Below are positions 21,330 to 34,700 of a stretch of DNA of 64,000 nt, piece by piece. Every line of letters starts with the position of its first letter. The first letter of the stretch is position 1. The notes under the pieces are model-generated. The model was not told where the DNA came from and made no database searches. It was given only the letters and a program-made list of their open reading frames with translations. The translations under genes and the position numbers were made by a program. This DNA comes from Anthoceros angustus (lineage: Eukaryota > Plantae > Anthocerotophyta): contig MU008188.1 in assembly GCA_010909165.1 (NCBI GenBank), positions 434,001 through 498,000 on the forward strand, given 5' to 3'.

Positions 21330-23004
21330 CTCAGTGTGTCACACCAAGCTAGCAATGTGCGTTGCTGATCACGCTATGGGAAGTGGTATGATGGTCCTTG
21401 TAGGCGCGGAGGCGTGCGCGTGAAGTGCTGCGATGGATTGATTAGGTGTGGGGGCTTGTAGTTCATCTACCATGTAAAGTGTAAGTTTCGTTCCTCCGTG
21501 ATTCACGAGAGTTGTGATTGCTAGAGATCATTTAATTAGCCTAATCTCGGGGCCGGTTAAGCATTTTGACGTCGGGTGTTATGCTACCTCTGTAGATGGC
21601 CAGGTTTCCTTATGAGATCCAGACTCCACCGGGGCATTTTCAATGAGCGGCTTGGAATGGCTGGACACCATACATGTAGTTCGTAAAATTGTATGAGGTG
21701 AAGGCCCATTCCATGGGAAAGGGTTTGAGACTTCTTGTGAGAGCAAAATCCAATTTTTCCAACCGAGCTTGTGAAAGCGCACGGTCCAGGAGGCACGTAA
21801 GTATAATGTCCTGTCACCAACCACACCAAAACAATACATAAGGTATTGTGTGTATGGTTCGGATCGACAACCGTCTCAAAGTGATGCACCCTTGGTGGAC
21901 ATGACTAAGCCAAAGTCTCGGACCTCGAAGTCGAAGGAGCAAGGTGGCTTGTGGGGAGAGCAGGAAAGTAGGTTGTGAGTTTGTGGTTGTCATTACTCAA
22001 TTGGAGTTGTTTCAAGATATTGCTCAAATCTTTTGACTGGCATCATGTGAATGCCTCGTGACTTTGCCATGGATTGTTAGCAGGATGCGCCTCACGTCTC
22101 TTGCTCCTCTTTATCGAAGCAAGAGAGAATGGGTGAAGCACAAACTTTGTGCAAAACCACTCCATACCGATTTTATGTGATCAGAACGATGTCTATGTTA
22201 GGATGCAAGGGGATCCTAACGCTATCTTACATAGAGATGATTTTCTCTTGCCTAAGGACATACGCAACTTGCAGTGAGTTGGATGCAAGGACTTGGAGAC
22301 TCCATACCATTGATGAAGTCGGTGTCAAGCTATGGATTGACATCCAGGATATTGTTTTCTTCCCACCACCGGTGCTTCATGGAGGGCACACATTTTACTT
22401 TAGGGTTTCAAACAAGATTCCGTGGAGGAATGCATGCTTCATCGGGGCATCAATCCATCATTTCAATGGATGCCACATTCGGCACCAACAAGTGGAAGGT
22501 TAGATTCTTTGCATTTCAAACACAAGATTGTGGGATTCGCTTCCTAACTCGCTTTCTTTATTTCGATTTCAATTGTTCACTTTTGTGTTGTGATCACCGC
22601 AATGGCATACCGTGGCTTTGGTAGTGACCATCAATCTCGCAGAACACATGGCCATGTGGTTAACGCTTTGCAAAGGAAATTGCATACTACGGTTAGATTG
22701 GCATCCCACGGCTTTCCTTGTCGATGACTGCAGCGGAGATAAAAGCAATTCGGCAAGTATTTGGCAGCACAACTCTTGTGTTCCTCTGTCATGGCATACG
22801 CAAGGCGTGCTCTTGAAGAAAGTCAAGTCCGCAAAGTGTGGCAGCCATGATGAAGGCCTTGGGAAATGTTATGTACATGGACATGGACTCAAGGAATGAT
22901 CTAGCATCAGCCCGGATGAAGCTTCAAGAGTTTTACGAGGTGTATGGTGCCTCGGAAGCAGTTTGTGCATTATTTTCAGCAAAGAAGTAGATGGGGCTAC
23001 GGAC
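21330..23004 (+). mobile_element. Mutator-like (MULE) transposase remnant, 5' part
   Basis: Frameshifted motifs ISMDATFGTNKWK, DHRNGIP, FLVDD and xWH at about 22440-22800. Boundaries approximate. Confidence 0.65.
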
Positions 23005-26000
23005 TTTGTGGGGTAAAATAAGTGGGGTTTGTTTTTTGTAGGTTGGAATAGTAAAATAAGGCGGAAAAGGAGGAATAAGCACGGATGGCGCTCGGACGGA
23101 CTTGAGTAAGCAACGGACCACTGACAACACCACCGACTACAACTGACCACTCCCGAGTAAGCAACGACCCGATACCACTATGGAAACTCCGACTACACTG
23201 AGCAAGTCCGAGAAGTCTGGATACCCTTCGAGTACGCTGGTAAGTCCGGACCCCACCGGTCGTAACAGGATAAGTACGCCGGGGAAAGCAACTTTGAATT
23301 GAGTCGAGAGGATGACTAGGCGGCGCCACGTGGACGGCCCCGAGTGGAGGACGAGCATGGCAGCCAGACTGTAGCCTCGCCAAAGGGGTCAAGTATGGGT
23401 GTATTCACGCCCGTGCGGGGCGTAATAGAGCACACGCGTAAGGCTAGACTAGAGTAAGCACAACAGGGACAAAGTGTGGTTATGCACTTCAACTATGGAT
23501 CAAGAGCCGCCCTTCCCCAAGCATTACTCAAGAAAGAGCGGGGGAAGTCATTCTCCCAAACCTCTTGCGCCGAGCCTCGCCTCCGACATCCGGCTCTTGG
23601 CGGAGTCTCTTCTGCGCCAAGGTGTCCCCCACCGCTTGATTTCACGGAGGAAGGAGCTAACGAACGGAGGAGAGGAGCGCAGCCGACGCCTCAAATTCCG
23701 TGAGCAAGGCACAAGCAAAGACGACGGCGATGGCACCCAAGAAAGCGCTTGAGGAGTGTGTGGCCTCGGAGGAGCGCAAACATTGTGACCACGCCACTCC
23801 CGACTTTGGTCCATGGCTCGAGGAGGCGGAGGACTGGTCGAGGAGTGGCACTGGACATCTTCCACCGACCTATGATAGCCACCATGGTCCGGAATACGCC
23901 GGAAGATGTCAAGGCACAAGGAAGGAGGTCCCCAGAACTTATGGAGGACCCAAAAGATGGACGGTGGAAGTCCCGAGGCGCCTATCGCCCGGGAGGAGGT
24001 AGGAGGTGTGGTGCCGAGCCCCCGGGGTGGAAGGTGCTAAGGCGGCCCTCCCACGCCTGTGGACACAGCGATCCTCGAACGGATGGCTGAGCCGGACAAG
24101 AGGGTAAGGGCAAAGTGGCGAAATAATCGCCCATCGGAACATGCCGACCAAGGTGGATCACCTGGTGATAACTGGTCTTCCTCCACGACCGTAAAGGCAA
24201 GCGCGCAGATTGGGGAAGATAATTCACCAAGGATCGGGCCGAGGCGCAAACCGAGGTGTGAGAAGCCACCTCTCGCCACCGACGCCGTTTGATCCATGTA
24301 TGGGGCACGCGGACCTCCTCAAGAAGGGTGAGGAGGAACGAGCCTCAAGAAGGGTTGGCCGCCCACCGGGAGGTGGAGGAGAAGGCCAGAAGGTAGGTCC
24401 GCCAACCAAGCAAGAGGGTCCGGAGGAAGACGATCGAAGGCATTCCTGACTCCATACGCTTTGGAACGGACTCTCGCCACCTAGGGAAGTTTGGGAGGAG
24501 ATTCCCCTTCCCTCCTTTTGGTGCCCTCCGAGCAACCAAGACAGGAGGAAGTCGCCGCAGAAGGGCGCGGCCCAAGACCGCCGGACAGCAGCCCAACAAC
24601 CACGACGGTCAGAACCCCGACAAACCTCGGAGTCAAGAGGCGGAAGACGGTGCTTACCAACGCAAAGACCTCAAGGTGCACTTACCCCGCCCACGAGTGG
24701 CAAGAAGTCAAGAGGCGGTAAGGAGGGCGTAAAGGATGCCGCCCAAGGAGCGGAGGTCACCGCGGATCCGAGCCGGCCCTGCCTAACAGGAGAGGGAAAC
24801 AGCCTGACTTTCACCCTCCAAGCCCCGTGGAGAAAGAGAGGCGGAAAGGAGCTCATGCCCGAGGGCCAAGGAGGGTGAGGTCCTGACCACGCACCTGTGA
24901 CTTGAGGGTCCCGACATCCCGAGAACCCACCCCGACTCGCTCCGACTGGTATGGCGGTCCTTGACGGACTGTGAGATGCCCGCGCCCACCAAGGATTTCC
25001 GGCATCTCCTCAAGGGCCGGAGGAGACACGGCGGTCTTAGCTACCGTCATGGACGGATGTTGGGGCCTCAGGCACAGAGAAGGCCCAGTGAAGTGGAGGC
25101 CACTGAGGAGGATGGTGGAGCTCAAGTGTGAAGGCCCAGAGGCAAAGGAAAGGCGAGTCCCTCGCCGGATCGAGGAAGGAAAACGACGGCGGCGGAGCGC
25201 GAGGCCCGAGCGGTTCAGACTTAAGGCTCTTCACCACGCTCAGCTGAAGCAAGCAGAGGCCCAAGCCCGGCCGAGGACCTCCGCAAACGTATGGAGGTCC
25301 GTAGGAAGTGAGGAGGAACGACGACGGGCGGAGAACGCCCGCGACTTGGCCGAGGCAGAGCGGCTAGACCTACACCGCCGAGGTTAAGGTGAAGGCGTGA
25401 GGCGGAAGCCGCAAAGGTCGATCGGATCACCACCGACGTGATCTAACCGTGGAGGAGTCAGGCACCGCAAGGCTTGAAGGCCAAGCATGGAGCAAGGGTA
25501 ACTCGGGGGAGATGGAGGCCAGACTCGGGAGATAGGAGATCTCCGAGTACACAGAAGTAGAGGAGAGGCGGCAAGCAGATGGAGGACAAGAAGGACACGC
25601 TGGAGCTACAACCCAAGATGCGTCGGAGCGCAGTGATTCTCAACGGAGAATCCACGACTGAGCAAAATAGAGTGTTTCCACCGCCTCAAGACGGAGGAAA
25701 ATCACTATCCAAGGAGTTGGACGCTGCTGCCGCAGGAACTGAAGAAGCTGTGGCCTGGATGGATATACCACCGATTGGAGAGGGAGGTGGCGGACCTGCA
25801 CGGTAAACGGAGGAGGAGAGCGCTAGAGGAGGAACGCCCTTATCCGATTACGGAGACGGAAGGGAGCCGGGCTCCATGGCTGGCCACGAAGCTACATAAA
25901 AGGGAGGAGGAGTGCTGAGCAGAAAGGCTGCAGGAGGTGCCGAGGCCGGTGGCTTCAGGGAGTCCGCCCGGCCGCTGGCAAGCCCGGGCGACGAGACGAG

Positions 26001-27430
26001 TGGCCGAACAACACTCCCACCGCCGAGCACCTTTGGCGACGGGAGTACGGTGCCCGAGGCCATGTGGAGGAGGCGATTCAACAGTCGACCGACCGCCTAC
26101 TACCACGCTGAGCGCTCGCCTGAGGCACCACGCCACCCCTCAGGAGGACCTGACTTCCAGACGGGTCCAAGGAGAGGCGAGGAAGAAGGCCCCGGGATAG
26201 TGCGCCACGGGACCTTGGGCGTTGTTCACCACGAGGGTAGGCGTGAGAGGAGCAAATGAGGAGCGGAACGAGGGAGCGGCGAATGTGGCGGAGGTAAGCA
26301 CCCTGCACCTCACCATGGAAGAAGGGGCCAACGAGGGAGTCGCTTCGGGCGATCGGGAACAGCGGAAGGACTCCGAGGGAGAGCCACGGAGGAGTCCCGT
26401 GAGGGAAGAAACCCGGGGGGGCGCGAGTTCGGACCCTGAGGTCCGGACTCCTGAAGGAAGACCGGACCCTGAGGTCCGGACTCCTGAAGGAAGACCGGAC
26501 CCTGAGGTCCGGACCTCAGAAGGAAGACCGGACCCTGAGGTCCGGACCCCAGAGACAAGGTCGGACCTAGCCGGCTGACTGTGAATAAGCCGGACTCGTG
26601 AGACAGACTCGAGGTCCGGCCCAAGGCAAGAGGAGCCCCTCGACTTACGCTTAGGGGAGCAGAGGCCGGTGGCCCCACCGGAGGGACCTGTGGGGGGGAG
26701 GATGACGTCAGAGTAACGGGCGGTTGTCGATCACGAGCCCAACCCGATGTGATTCCGGGAGAGAGGAGGCCCCGCCTCACGGATCATCCGATTGGGAGCG
26801 CCACAACCGCTGACGGAGATTGGACCACCCATCCCGAGGCGGAACCTGCATCTTCCTGCACCGACGAAGGAGATAGGGGAGGAAATAGGCGGTGCGATTA
26901 GGGCATACCGAGCCGCCATCACCGTAATAGGTGTAATAAAGACGCCCTTGGGGCGAGTATAAGAGGGCCGAGGCCGCCTAGTAAAGTATCTTTCTCTTGG
27001 TGTTGATGCCGCTGCTTGCACTTACGCCTTCTTGTTAACGCGAGTCCCGAGTCACCGAAAGGTGCACGACGACTCCGGGAGAGATCGATCAAGGTCCCGT
27101 GACGACTTAACGTGGTGGTGGTGTGTGCAGGAAGGACGATCGAGGACCCTTGTTCGTCCGAGAGCGGCGGTCCAACGCCGGACCGGAACGGGAGCCGGAG
27201 GTACTTCGGAGGGTGTGCAGCCCGGACGGAGAGGCGCGAGCAACGAGGAGGTCCCGACCGTAGCTACTTGTTTTTCCAAGGTTGATAAGTGTAGAGAGAG
27301 CGGCGAGAGGAACGGATCAAGAAACGAGTGACGAACGGACGCAAACGGGTCCTTAAACGCCACACACTGGCCTCGTCGTGAACGTTATAAATAGCCGGGT
27401 GTAAACGAAGATTGAGTGTTAAGGTGAAGT
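23005..27430 (+). mobile_element. Uncharacterised insertion interrupting the MULE, with degraded Glu/Arg/Gly-rich ORF(s) containing a PDFGPWL motif
   Basis: It separates the MULE DDE part from the SWIM part. The ORF at about 23500-25400 is homologous to the minus-strand ORF at 44894-46650 (PDFGPWL..WH.DIF..EYARKM; ARDLAEA). No RT or integrase is seen. Ends approximate. Confidence 0.5.
26431..26560 (+). repeat. 33-bp tandem repeat, about 4 copies (DPEVRTPEGRP)
   Basis: ggaccctgaggtccggactcctgaaggaagacc at 26431, 26464, 26497 and a partial copy at 26530. Confidence 0.92.
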
Positions 27431-28480
27431 GGACCAAGAAAGGTGAGAATCGGCACGTAGCAAGCGCCATTATTCTCTTGGGAACGGACTCCATACCACA
27501 ACGACATTTGGATTGTGCTGGCATCCATCGAAAGTCGCGCCTGGCTGGGATGTCATGGACATGTGGATAAAGGCTGGGACTATACCACGCAGCTAAGGCG
27601 CAGCTCTTCGATCAAGCTTATCATCGCCACCTTAAGTACTGTTGTTTCTTCAAAGAAGAATCTTTTAGCACTCGATCGGCTTTTTATATATCCCGACTGA
27701 CGGCGAATGTATATTTTAGTACCAAAGACAATGTAAGTGAGTGGCATCATTAGGAATAATAAGCAATAAAGCGTCGTATGTAAGTGCGAACAGCATTGGA
27801 AATCCAGTCCGATGTGTCCCTACCTTGTCTTGGGGCAACCATATGCTATCGTGAGGAGCAAGAATGCAAAGAAGGACAAGGCTTATCATGTGTTTAACAC
27901 GGCTCTCCTTGGGGGCTGCACATGCAAGATTTCATCTACAGGGTTTCTTTGTAAGCATCAAGTGAAGGTCATGATGCTCTTGGAAGTAGTGCCCAGAAAC
28001 CCTTGTGGGTATATATGCATCATGGCTACTTCACAAGAATCGTAAACAAGCACCTCTATTTTCTGCAGAGGCTGAACTTTGTAGTGTTCGAAACGAGCTG
28101 ACAATTGTGCATCATCCTTTGTCACAAGCTGTGGGTGCTGGAACAAATGGGATTACGAGAGCTCCTGTCCCCGCCAAATGAACTTAGCAACTGTTTGGGA
28201 AAACATATCAAGTTTAGTGCAGAGGAAACCTGGCATTGAGGCCCATGCACAATCGACAGGTGTGTTCCGGCAGTTAGAGGTGTGGCTGCAGAAGCTGAGG
28301 AGAATAGTCTAATGCAGATTCCATACCTCTTGCCAATAGGCGAAGCGTCCGACAATAGCTTGAAGAGGAAGAAACCGTTTTGGGAAAACAGTTTATCATG
28401 GAAACTGCCTCCGAAGGCAAAGCGCCCTACATTTGCTGAACAAGCTGCAGGGAAGGCTGCCTATAGTGAATCGATTAAGT
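27430..28480 (+). mobile_element. MULE transposase remnant, 3' part with SWIM zinc finger
   Basis: CTCKISSTGFLCKH (CxC-x-C-x-H SWIM) at about 27914-27958. Confidence 0.65.
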
Positions 28481-29626
28481 AGAAATACTGATCCTTGCCG
28501 ATTGTGCAAAGGCTGGCCACGTTTTTGTCTTTGCTAACTCACCTGCAAACGCGATTGTCGCAATCCATCTTACAACCAGAAATCCGTTGTTTGGGGTCCA
28601 AAACACAATACAGACATATCATTCTGTAACCCCTGCATAGACCTTTCATTCAAGATATTGGGCACAGAAATCCGTGAACTGTGCATGCAAAAATCAGCAA
28701 AAATCTCCTGCTGCATTCTCGTTCTTGTGCATCCGTTTTTCAATGATACCGCAAGCATTTGGATGCCAAACCAAAGTACAGACATATCATTTTGTAGCCC
28801 GTGCAGAGGGCTTCGATTCTAGATATTGGCCAGGGCATTCTGCAAATAGTGCATGAAGCGATCTGGAAGAAACTTTCTGCTGCAATCTTGTTGTTATGCA
28901 TCCGTTTTCCACCCATTCTTGGAGAGTTTGATGTTCGTTTTCGGCGAGACAAACCCAAGCGCTGAAATGGATAGCAAGTAAGGGTCTTTGATGTTTCGAA
29001 ACAAAACTAATCCCCCTGGCAAGCGGAGCTCGAGAATGTCAACAAGATGATCCTAAAGGCAATCGTTGGAGCAGGCAAAGGCAAAGGCTCGAAATGTTTA
29101 CCATATTTATCGTTTAAGATCTATGGACCTTTGGACACTGGCGATTCGAGTGTAGTTCAATTGCTTGTAGTTGGCGGATGTGGACAACCAAACTATTTGC
29201 AAAATCCTCCTTCGACTGAGGCAAAATACTATATATATTTTTTACTTGTAATGATAAAGGTTAAACAATGAAATGGTAAAGGAATAGTATAAAATAGAAC
29301 TTATTAGTCATTTCGCCATAATTTGTCAAGGGGGTTTTATGATGCTTTGAGCGAGTGCCACCGGAGGACTTTGTCGGTACCCTTCTGTTTTGTTGGCATT
29401 GCAGACAACGAACCAGCAAAATACCCTTGCCTTGGCACATGTAGACACAAAAGTAGACCTAGGCTGCAGTATCGATCCAACATAGCATTACCCCATAAAA
29501 TAGAATTACTGGAATACGAATGATTCCAGTATTCAAAGTTTAGGCAAGTTCGTCAATCATCTCCACACTCCAAATCACAAAAACACATCTTCTCAACCAT
29601 ATTGTTTGTTTCGCATTGGAAAGATG

Positions 29627-31790
29627 TCATGTCGCGTGACACTAATGTTAGTGTTTGATTAGCATTAATTAATCTAACTACTTATCTTTAAATAAGTAAT
29701 TAATATTAATTATTCTAAAGCACTTATGTTAATTGAACATTGATCAGTGTTAATTAAACATGGTTAGCAATAGCTAAGTGGATAAGCACAAGTAATATGT
29801 TTTAGCATATTCCTTGCATATTATAGTATATTCTTAGGATATTTCCGGAAAATGCTGATGCCAATAGGATATCTTCAGAATATGTCAATGGTAAGGGCTA
29901 TAATATATAGATCCTTTCACATAGGACAAGCTCAAATCATAGCTAGTCCTTTAGATATGCAATGCAAGAATGTTGTGAGGAGACACCTCTAAATATGCAA
30001 TGCAAGGGTGTTGTGAGGAGGCCAAAGCTATGACTTCGAGAGCGATGTGTGAGGAATTTGCGTGTTATTCTCGTGAGGAGAGTGTTTTTGTGCCACGACG
30101 TGCAAGCTACTCTCTCCTATTACTACAAGCTATGATCTCCTGTGCAAGAAATTGAGGCTAAGAAAGGGGACCAAGGCCAAAGAAGAGGCCCAAGTCCCAA
30201 GGCTTGAGGCCAAGAGAAAAGGACCAAGGCCAAGGGAGAGGCCCAAGTCCCAAGGTGTGAGACGAAGAGAAAGGACCTAAGGCATAAGGAGAGGCTCGAG
30301 TTCCAAGGCTTGAGGCCAAGAAGAAGAAGAAGCCCAAGTCCAAGGAGAGGAATGAGACCTCTCCAAGGGAACTTGGCCTTTTAAGGCCAACCAGGCAAGG
30401 GAGAAAGAAGAGTAAAATACTCTTGGGCACTTGGAAGCCGAATTTCAAGGGATGAGAAAGGAGAGGATAACATTTGGTAAGTTATCAATCTATTCGTTTC
30501 GCTGCTTATTCAAAACTCCAAGGTTGGTTGGCGCCCCATCCCAGTACTTATCCGCATTAGAGTGCTTTACCGTGGAGTTCTTGTAAAGATGGTATTAAAC
30601 TCACCCATCTCGTGTTGGCTAGAGATTGAAGAGTATTTGTATATTTAGACACGAACCCATAGATACTTAGAGGTTTCGCTAATCACGATTTGAGAAAACG
30701 GAGTGTGTTAACCTTGATTGAGGGTTGTGGCTTAGCCACTAACCACTTTGGAGTGCATGCCTAGACTTACTCGATTCGCACGAAGCTACCAACCAGCCAG
30801 TCCACCGGATCGAATTCGAAGTCTCGACTAAGAGAGAGAAGTACGAACACCTCGATTTTGGTACAAGCGAAGGACTTAGAGGAACCCAGCGACTCAATCA
30901 ACAATCTTTGAAGGATCTGAGAGTGGCAACACATGAGACACGTCGGTGCCATCGGGACAACTCAGTAGAAGCGACAGCAAAGAAGACTTGTCTCTAGGAA
31001 TCGTCAAGATGGGAAAAGTCAAGGATCGAGAGTGGCAACACATGAGCACGTCGGCTATCGGGACAACTCGAGCGGCTAAAGAAGAAGACTTGTCTCTAGG
31101 AATCGTCAAGATGGGAAAAGTCAAGGATCGAACGGAGTTGTTCACAGGACAAGCCGGCACTTTGCCACTAAAAGACTTCATCGAGAAGCACGATGCGGTG
31201 TATGTGGAGATGCAATTGAAGACCGAATCTGCTGACGTCGACTTCATTCCAGTAGAAATGCCCAGGGGATGAAGCATTGGCATGCTATCGAGAGCATAAG
31301 GTGAGGTTGTTGAGTGGCACATCTGGAGGACCAATGAGTGTGATTCGAGCTCGTAGGAACTAGTATACTGCACGATGGCGGAACACCTCTGGCGGGGAAC
31401 GGTGTGGCAGCAATGGCGCTGGCAAGATCCCGTCGAAGAGATGTTTGACATCTTTCTGGAGTTTCTATAACCGCGGATGATCTGAGGCGGCACTTCAAGT
31501 TGAAGTCAAGCGAGCTGCGAGATGAAACACCAAAGAATCGATCGGTTGATGCGTGATACTAAGATCATGAGTGACCCTGGTGCGGAACTAATGCTTGCGA
31601 GCATTGCCTATCGGTGCGCATGAAAGTGCAACAAAGGTTGCCGCGGCCGCGAAGCAATACTACACCCTTAAAAAAGTGTATGAGATGGTTGACAAAATAG
31701 GGCCCGCTGATACTTTTTCTCGTGCTATTACAAGTGATCACTCCAACCCACGGAGGAGTGGTGGACGACATAACTGACGCGAAGAATAGA
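29627..31790 (+). mobile_element. Probable Ty3/Gypsy-type LTR (about 29627-30850) plus degraded gag fragment
   Basis: TG start, AT-rich U3-like region, purine-rich repeats and a degenerate PBS-like tggtacaagc at about 30859. These are followed by gag-like remnants (LKDFIEKHDAVYVEM; ITADDLRRHFKLK). Truncated by a Copia element. Confidence 0.4.
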
Positions 31791-34700
31791 GTGGAACGCT
31801 TGAAAGTTTCACATATGGAGGCAATGGAGTACCCAATGGCTTCCCCTTCTCCATGTTGAAGCGTTGAAGCACCACCATTAATGTATTAAAATGCGAGACA
31901 AATAAAGCGCTTATGTCTGCTCGACGAATACGCATGCCAAGTATATGGCTCGCCTCTCCCAAGTCTGTCATTTCAAAGTGAGCATTCAACTTTGACTTCA
32001 ACGAAATCTCATCGATCTTGTTCGACAATTAGCATATCATCCACATAGAGGATCAAAATGAGCAAGCTTTGATCCTTAGCTTGCTTCAGATAGAGGCAAT
32101 GATCCTCATCGCCACGCTTGTAGCCTTGAGAAAGCATAAATGAGTGGAACTTGTGACCACTACCACTGGGTGCCTGCTTCAAACCATAAAGGCTCTTCCT
32201 CAACCTCGCACACCGATGCTCTTTGCCCTTCTCAACAAAACCTTCTCGTTGGCATGTAGACGTCCTCTTGAAGGTCACCATGCAAGAATGCCGCCTTGAC
32301 ATCCATCATACAAGTTCCATATCATCTCGCAACCAAAGCAAGAACACATCGCAAAGTTGTCATTTTGACTCGGTGAGAAAATCTCATCAAAGTCAATGCC
32401 CGGTTGTTGCTTGAAACCCTTAGCAACCAATCGTGCCTTGTACTTTGGTTTGCCATCAAGCGTATGACCTTCATCTTGTACACCCATTTGCATGTAGTGC
32501 CTTCTTATCCTTAGGCCGAACCAACTCCCAAGTTTGGTTCTTATTAATTCATTTCGATCGCATGGCCTTCTCCCACTTCTCTTTGTTACTCATTGACATG
32601 GCCTCTTTGTAAGAAGAGGGTTCCCACAATCACAAGATAACATAATCCAGATGGATCATACCGCTGAGGTCGTGTAATCCCCGCCTCGACCCAAAGCACT
32701 GTGCACCTCTATAGGTGCTTGTTCGACTCTTGGTTCATCTACGGTGGAGGAATGTGCTCGCACATTACCACTATCAACCGCCCATGATGATCATGTCCAT
32801 CTTCTTGGAAGATCACCCTTCGCACCTCCACGCTTGGAGTAGGCTTCCTGCATCTTGTTCTCATTGAAGAACACGTCGTTAGTACGAACAACCTTTCTAG
32901 CCTCGGATCCCACAAACGTATCCCATCTCACCGTAATCACCATAGCCAAGAAAAATACATTTCTTGGACTTAGGTGCCAACTTGTCCCGAAACTCTTTTG
33001 GAACATGGCAAGATGCCTCACAGCCAAACACTCGCAATGCTTGTAGGATGGTTTCTTTCCAGACCATAGCTCCTCGAACCCGCCATCAACAAATTTATTA
33101 GGAGATCTGTTAATAAGATGAACTGCAGACATCGCTCGCCCAAAACCCATTAGGCAATCCGTAGTTTGACAACAAACCACGATCCTCTCCGAATGGTTCT
33201 GCTCATCCGCCACACACCATTTTGTGGAGGAGTATCTGGTGATCAATTCTCTTTTGATTCCCTTGGAATCACGACCTGAAAGCTGAAACATACTCTCCAC
33301 CATTATCCGCCCTTAGACACTTCAATCGGTGCGATCGATTCTCAAGGGTGACAAATTTCAAACACCGTCGAACTTCATCCTTTTTCCTCAAAGGATAAAC
33401 CCACACCTTGCGTGAGAAATCATCTATGAAAGTGACAAAATAGAGGCACCGCCTAATGATGCAAGAGGCATAGGTCCACATACATCACGTGAACCAACTC
33501 AAGAGGTTTACTACTTTTACTCGTGTTCGATGTGATGATTTTGTCTGCTTCCCATATAAACAAAGGCTCACACATCGAGAGATCGAGAAGTTAAGAACAG
33601 GATATAACCGTAACGAGATAAAACCTTCATTCCCTTCTCGAGACATATGTCCTAACCGCAATGCCACAAGGAAACATTTGGTGCTCTGTCACGATCACAT
33701 GATCGATGTGTTTACTCAAGTGAGTACAAAGTGCCACACTCGATCCACGAGCTAACACAAGAGAACCTTTGGAGATCTTCCAAGAGTGATCCCCAAAACC
33801 AGTGGTAACCAAAGATCATCCAAGCCCCGCGCTAATCATGCTCTTTGTCAACTTCGAACATGCCTAACGCCCTTCAAAGATGAATGAAGATCCGTTGTCA
33901 AACTTGAGTTGCACATCACCACGCGCGATCCGCATGCATAGTTATTTCCAAGCCTAACGATCCTTTCCTTGTAGCATCATACGTGCTAAACCACTCTATG
34001 AGGAGTAACATGGAAAGATGCACCGCAGTCAATTATCCAATTGCGTAATAAATGACTATCCACGGTAATTGTGCAAGATTCAAGTAAGAAGAGATAAGGA
34101 CATCTCCGCCTCAACGTAGTTTAACTCTTCCAACATGCATTTAAGTCGCCTTCTTGTCGCCCCCGCTTCTTTTCCTTGGTCCTTTTGAACTTCTCGCACT
34201 CTCTTTTGAAGTGACCCCTTTTGTGACAATAGTGACACTCCACATTCTTGTTACGACTACGAGATTTGCTACGAGAAGCTTCATCCGTTGCTTCCCTTCG
34301 CAGGACCTCCCTCTCACTATGAGGGCACCGGAACCTTTGAAGGTTCCATGTTTTTCCTGCTCACCTCCCAATGTGCTACCTTCTACATTTACAATGGTAA
34401 GACCACTAGCAAGTAATTACTCAGCATAAAGTGTCCCAACTCTCCGTAATGTGACCAATGAAACATAGCTCTCACTAACTGGGAACGTGATACCTTGAGA
34501 TGAGAGCTCTGAAAATGGTATTGAAATCATTCGATGATCGGACATCCTCGTCTTCCTTCATCTTCAAGTCCACCAGCTTTCAACCAATACACCGAGAAGC
34601 CGCACTTTGCTTCTCATAGTCACACACTTCCGCCACATCCGTAACTCGTGGTCTTATCTTTCACATTGAAGTACACGCTTTTGACAATGTTAGCATGATA

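Noticed and set aside
26431-26560. CRISPR-like array
   Set aside because: The units are contiguous with no unique spacers, there are no cas genes, and the context is eukaryotic.
31595-31777. hAT transposase fragment (VDKIGP..ITSD)
   Set aside because: It is a weak echo only and is contiguous with gag-like sequence. No other hAT motifs are present.
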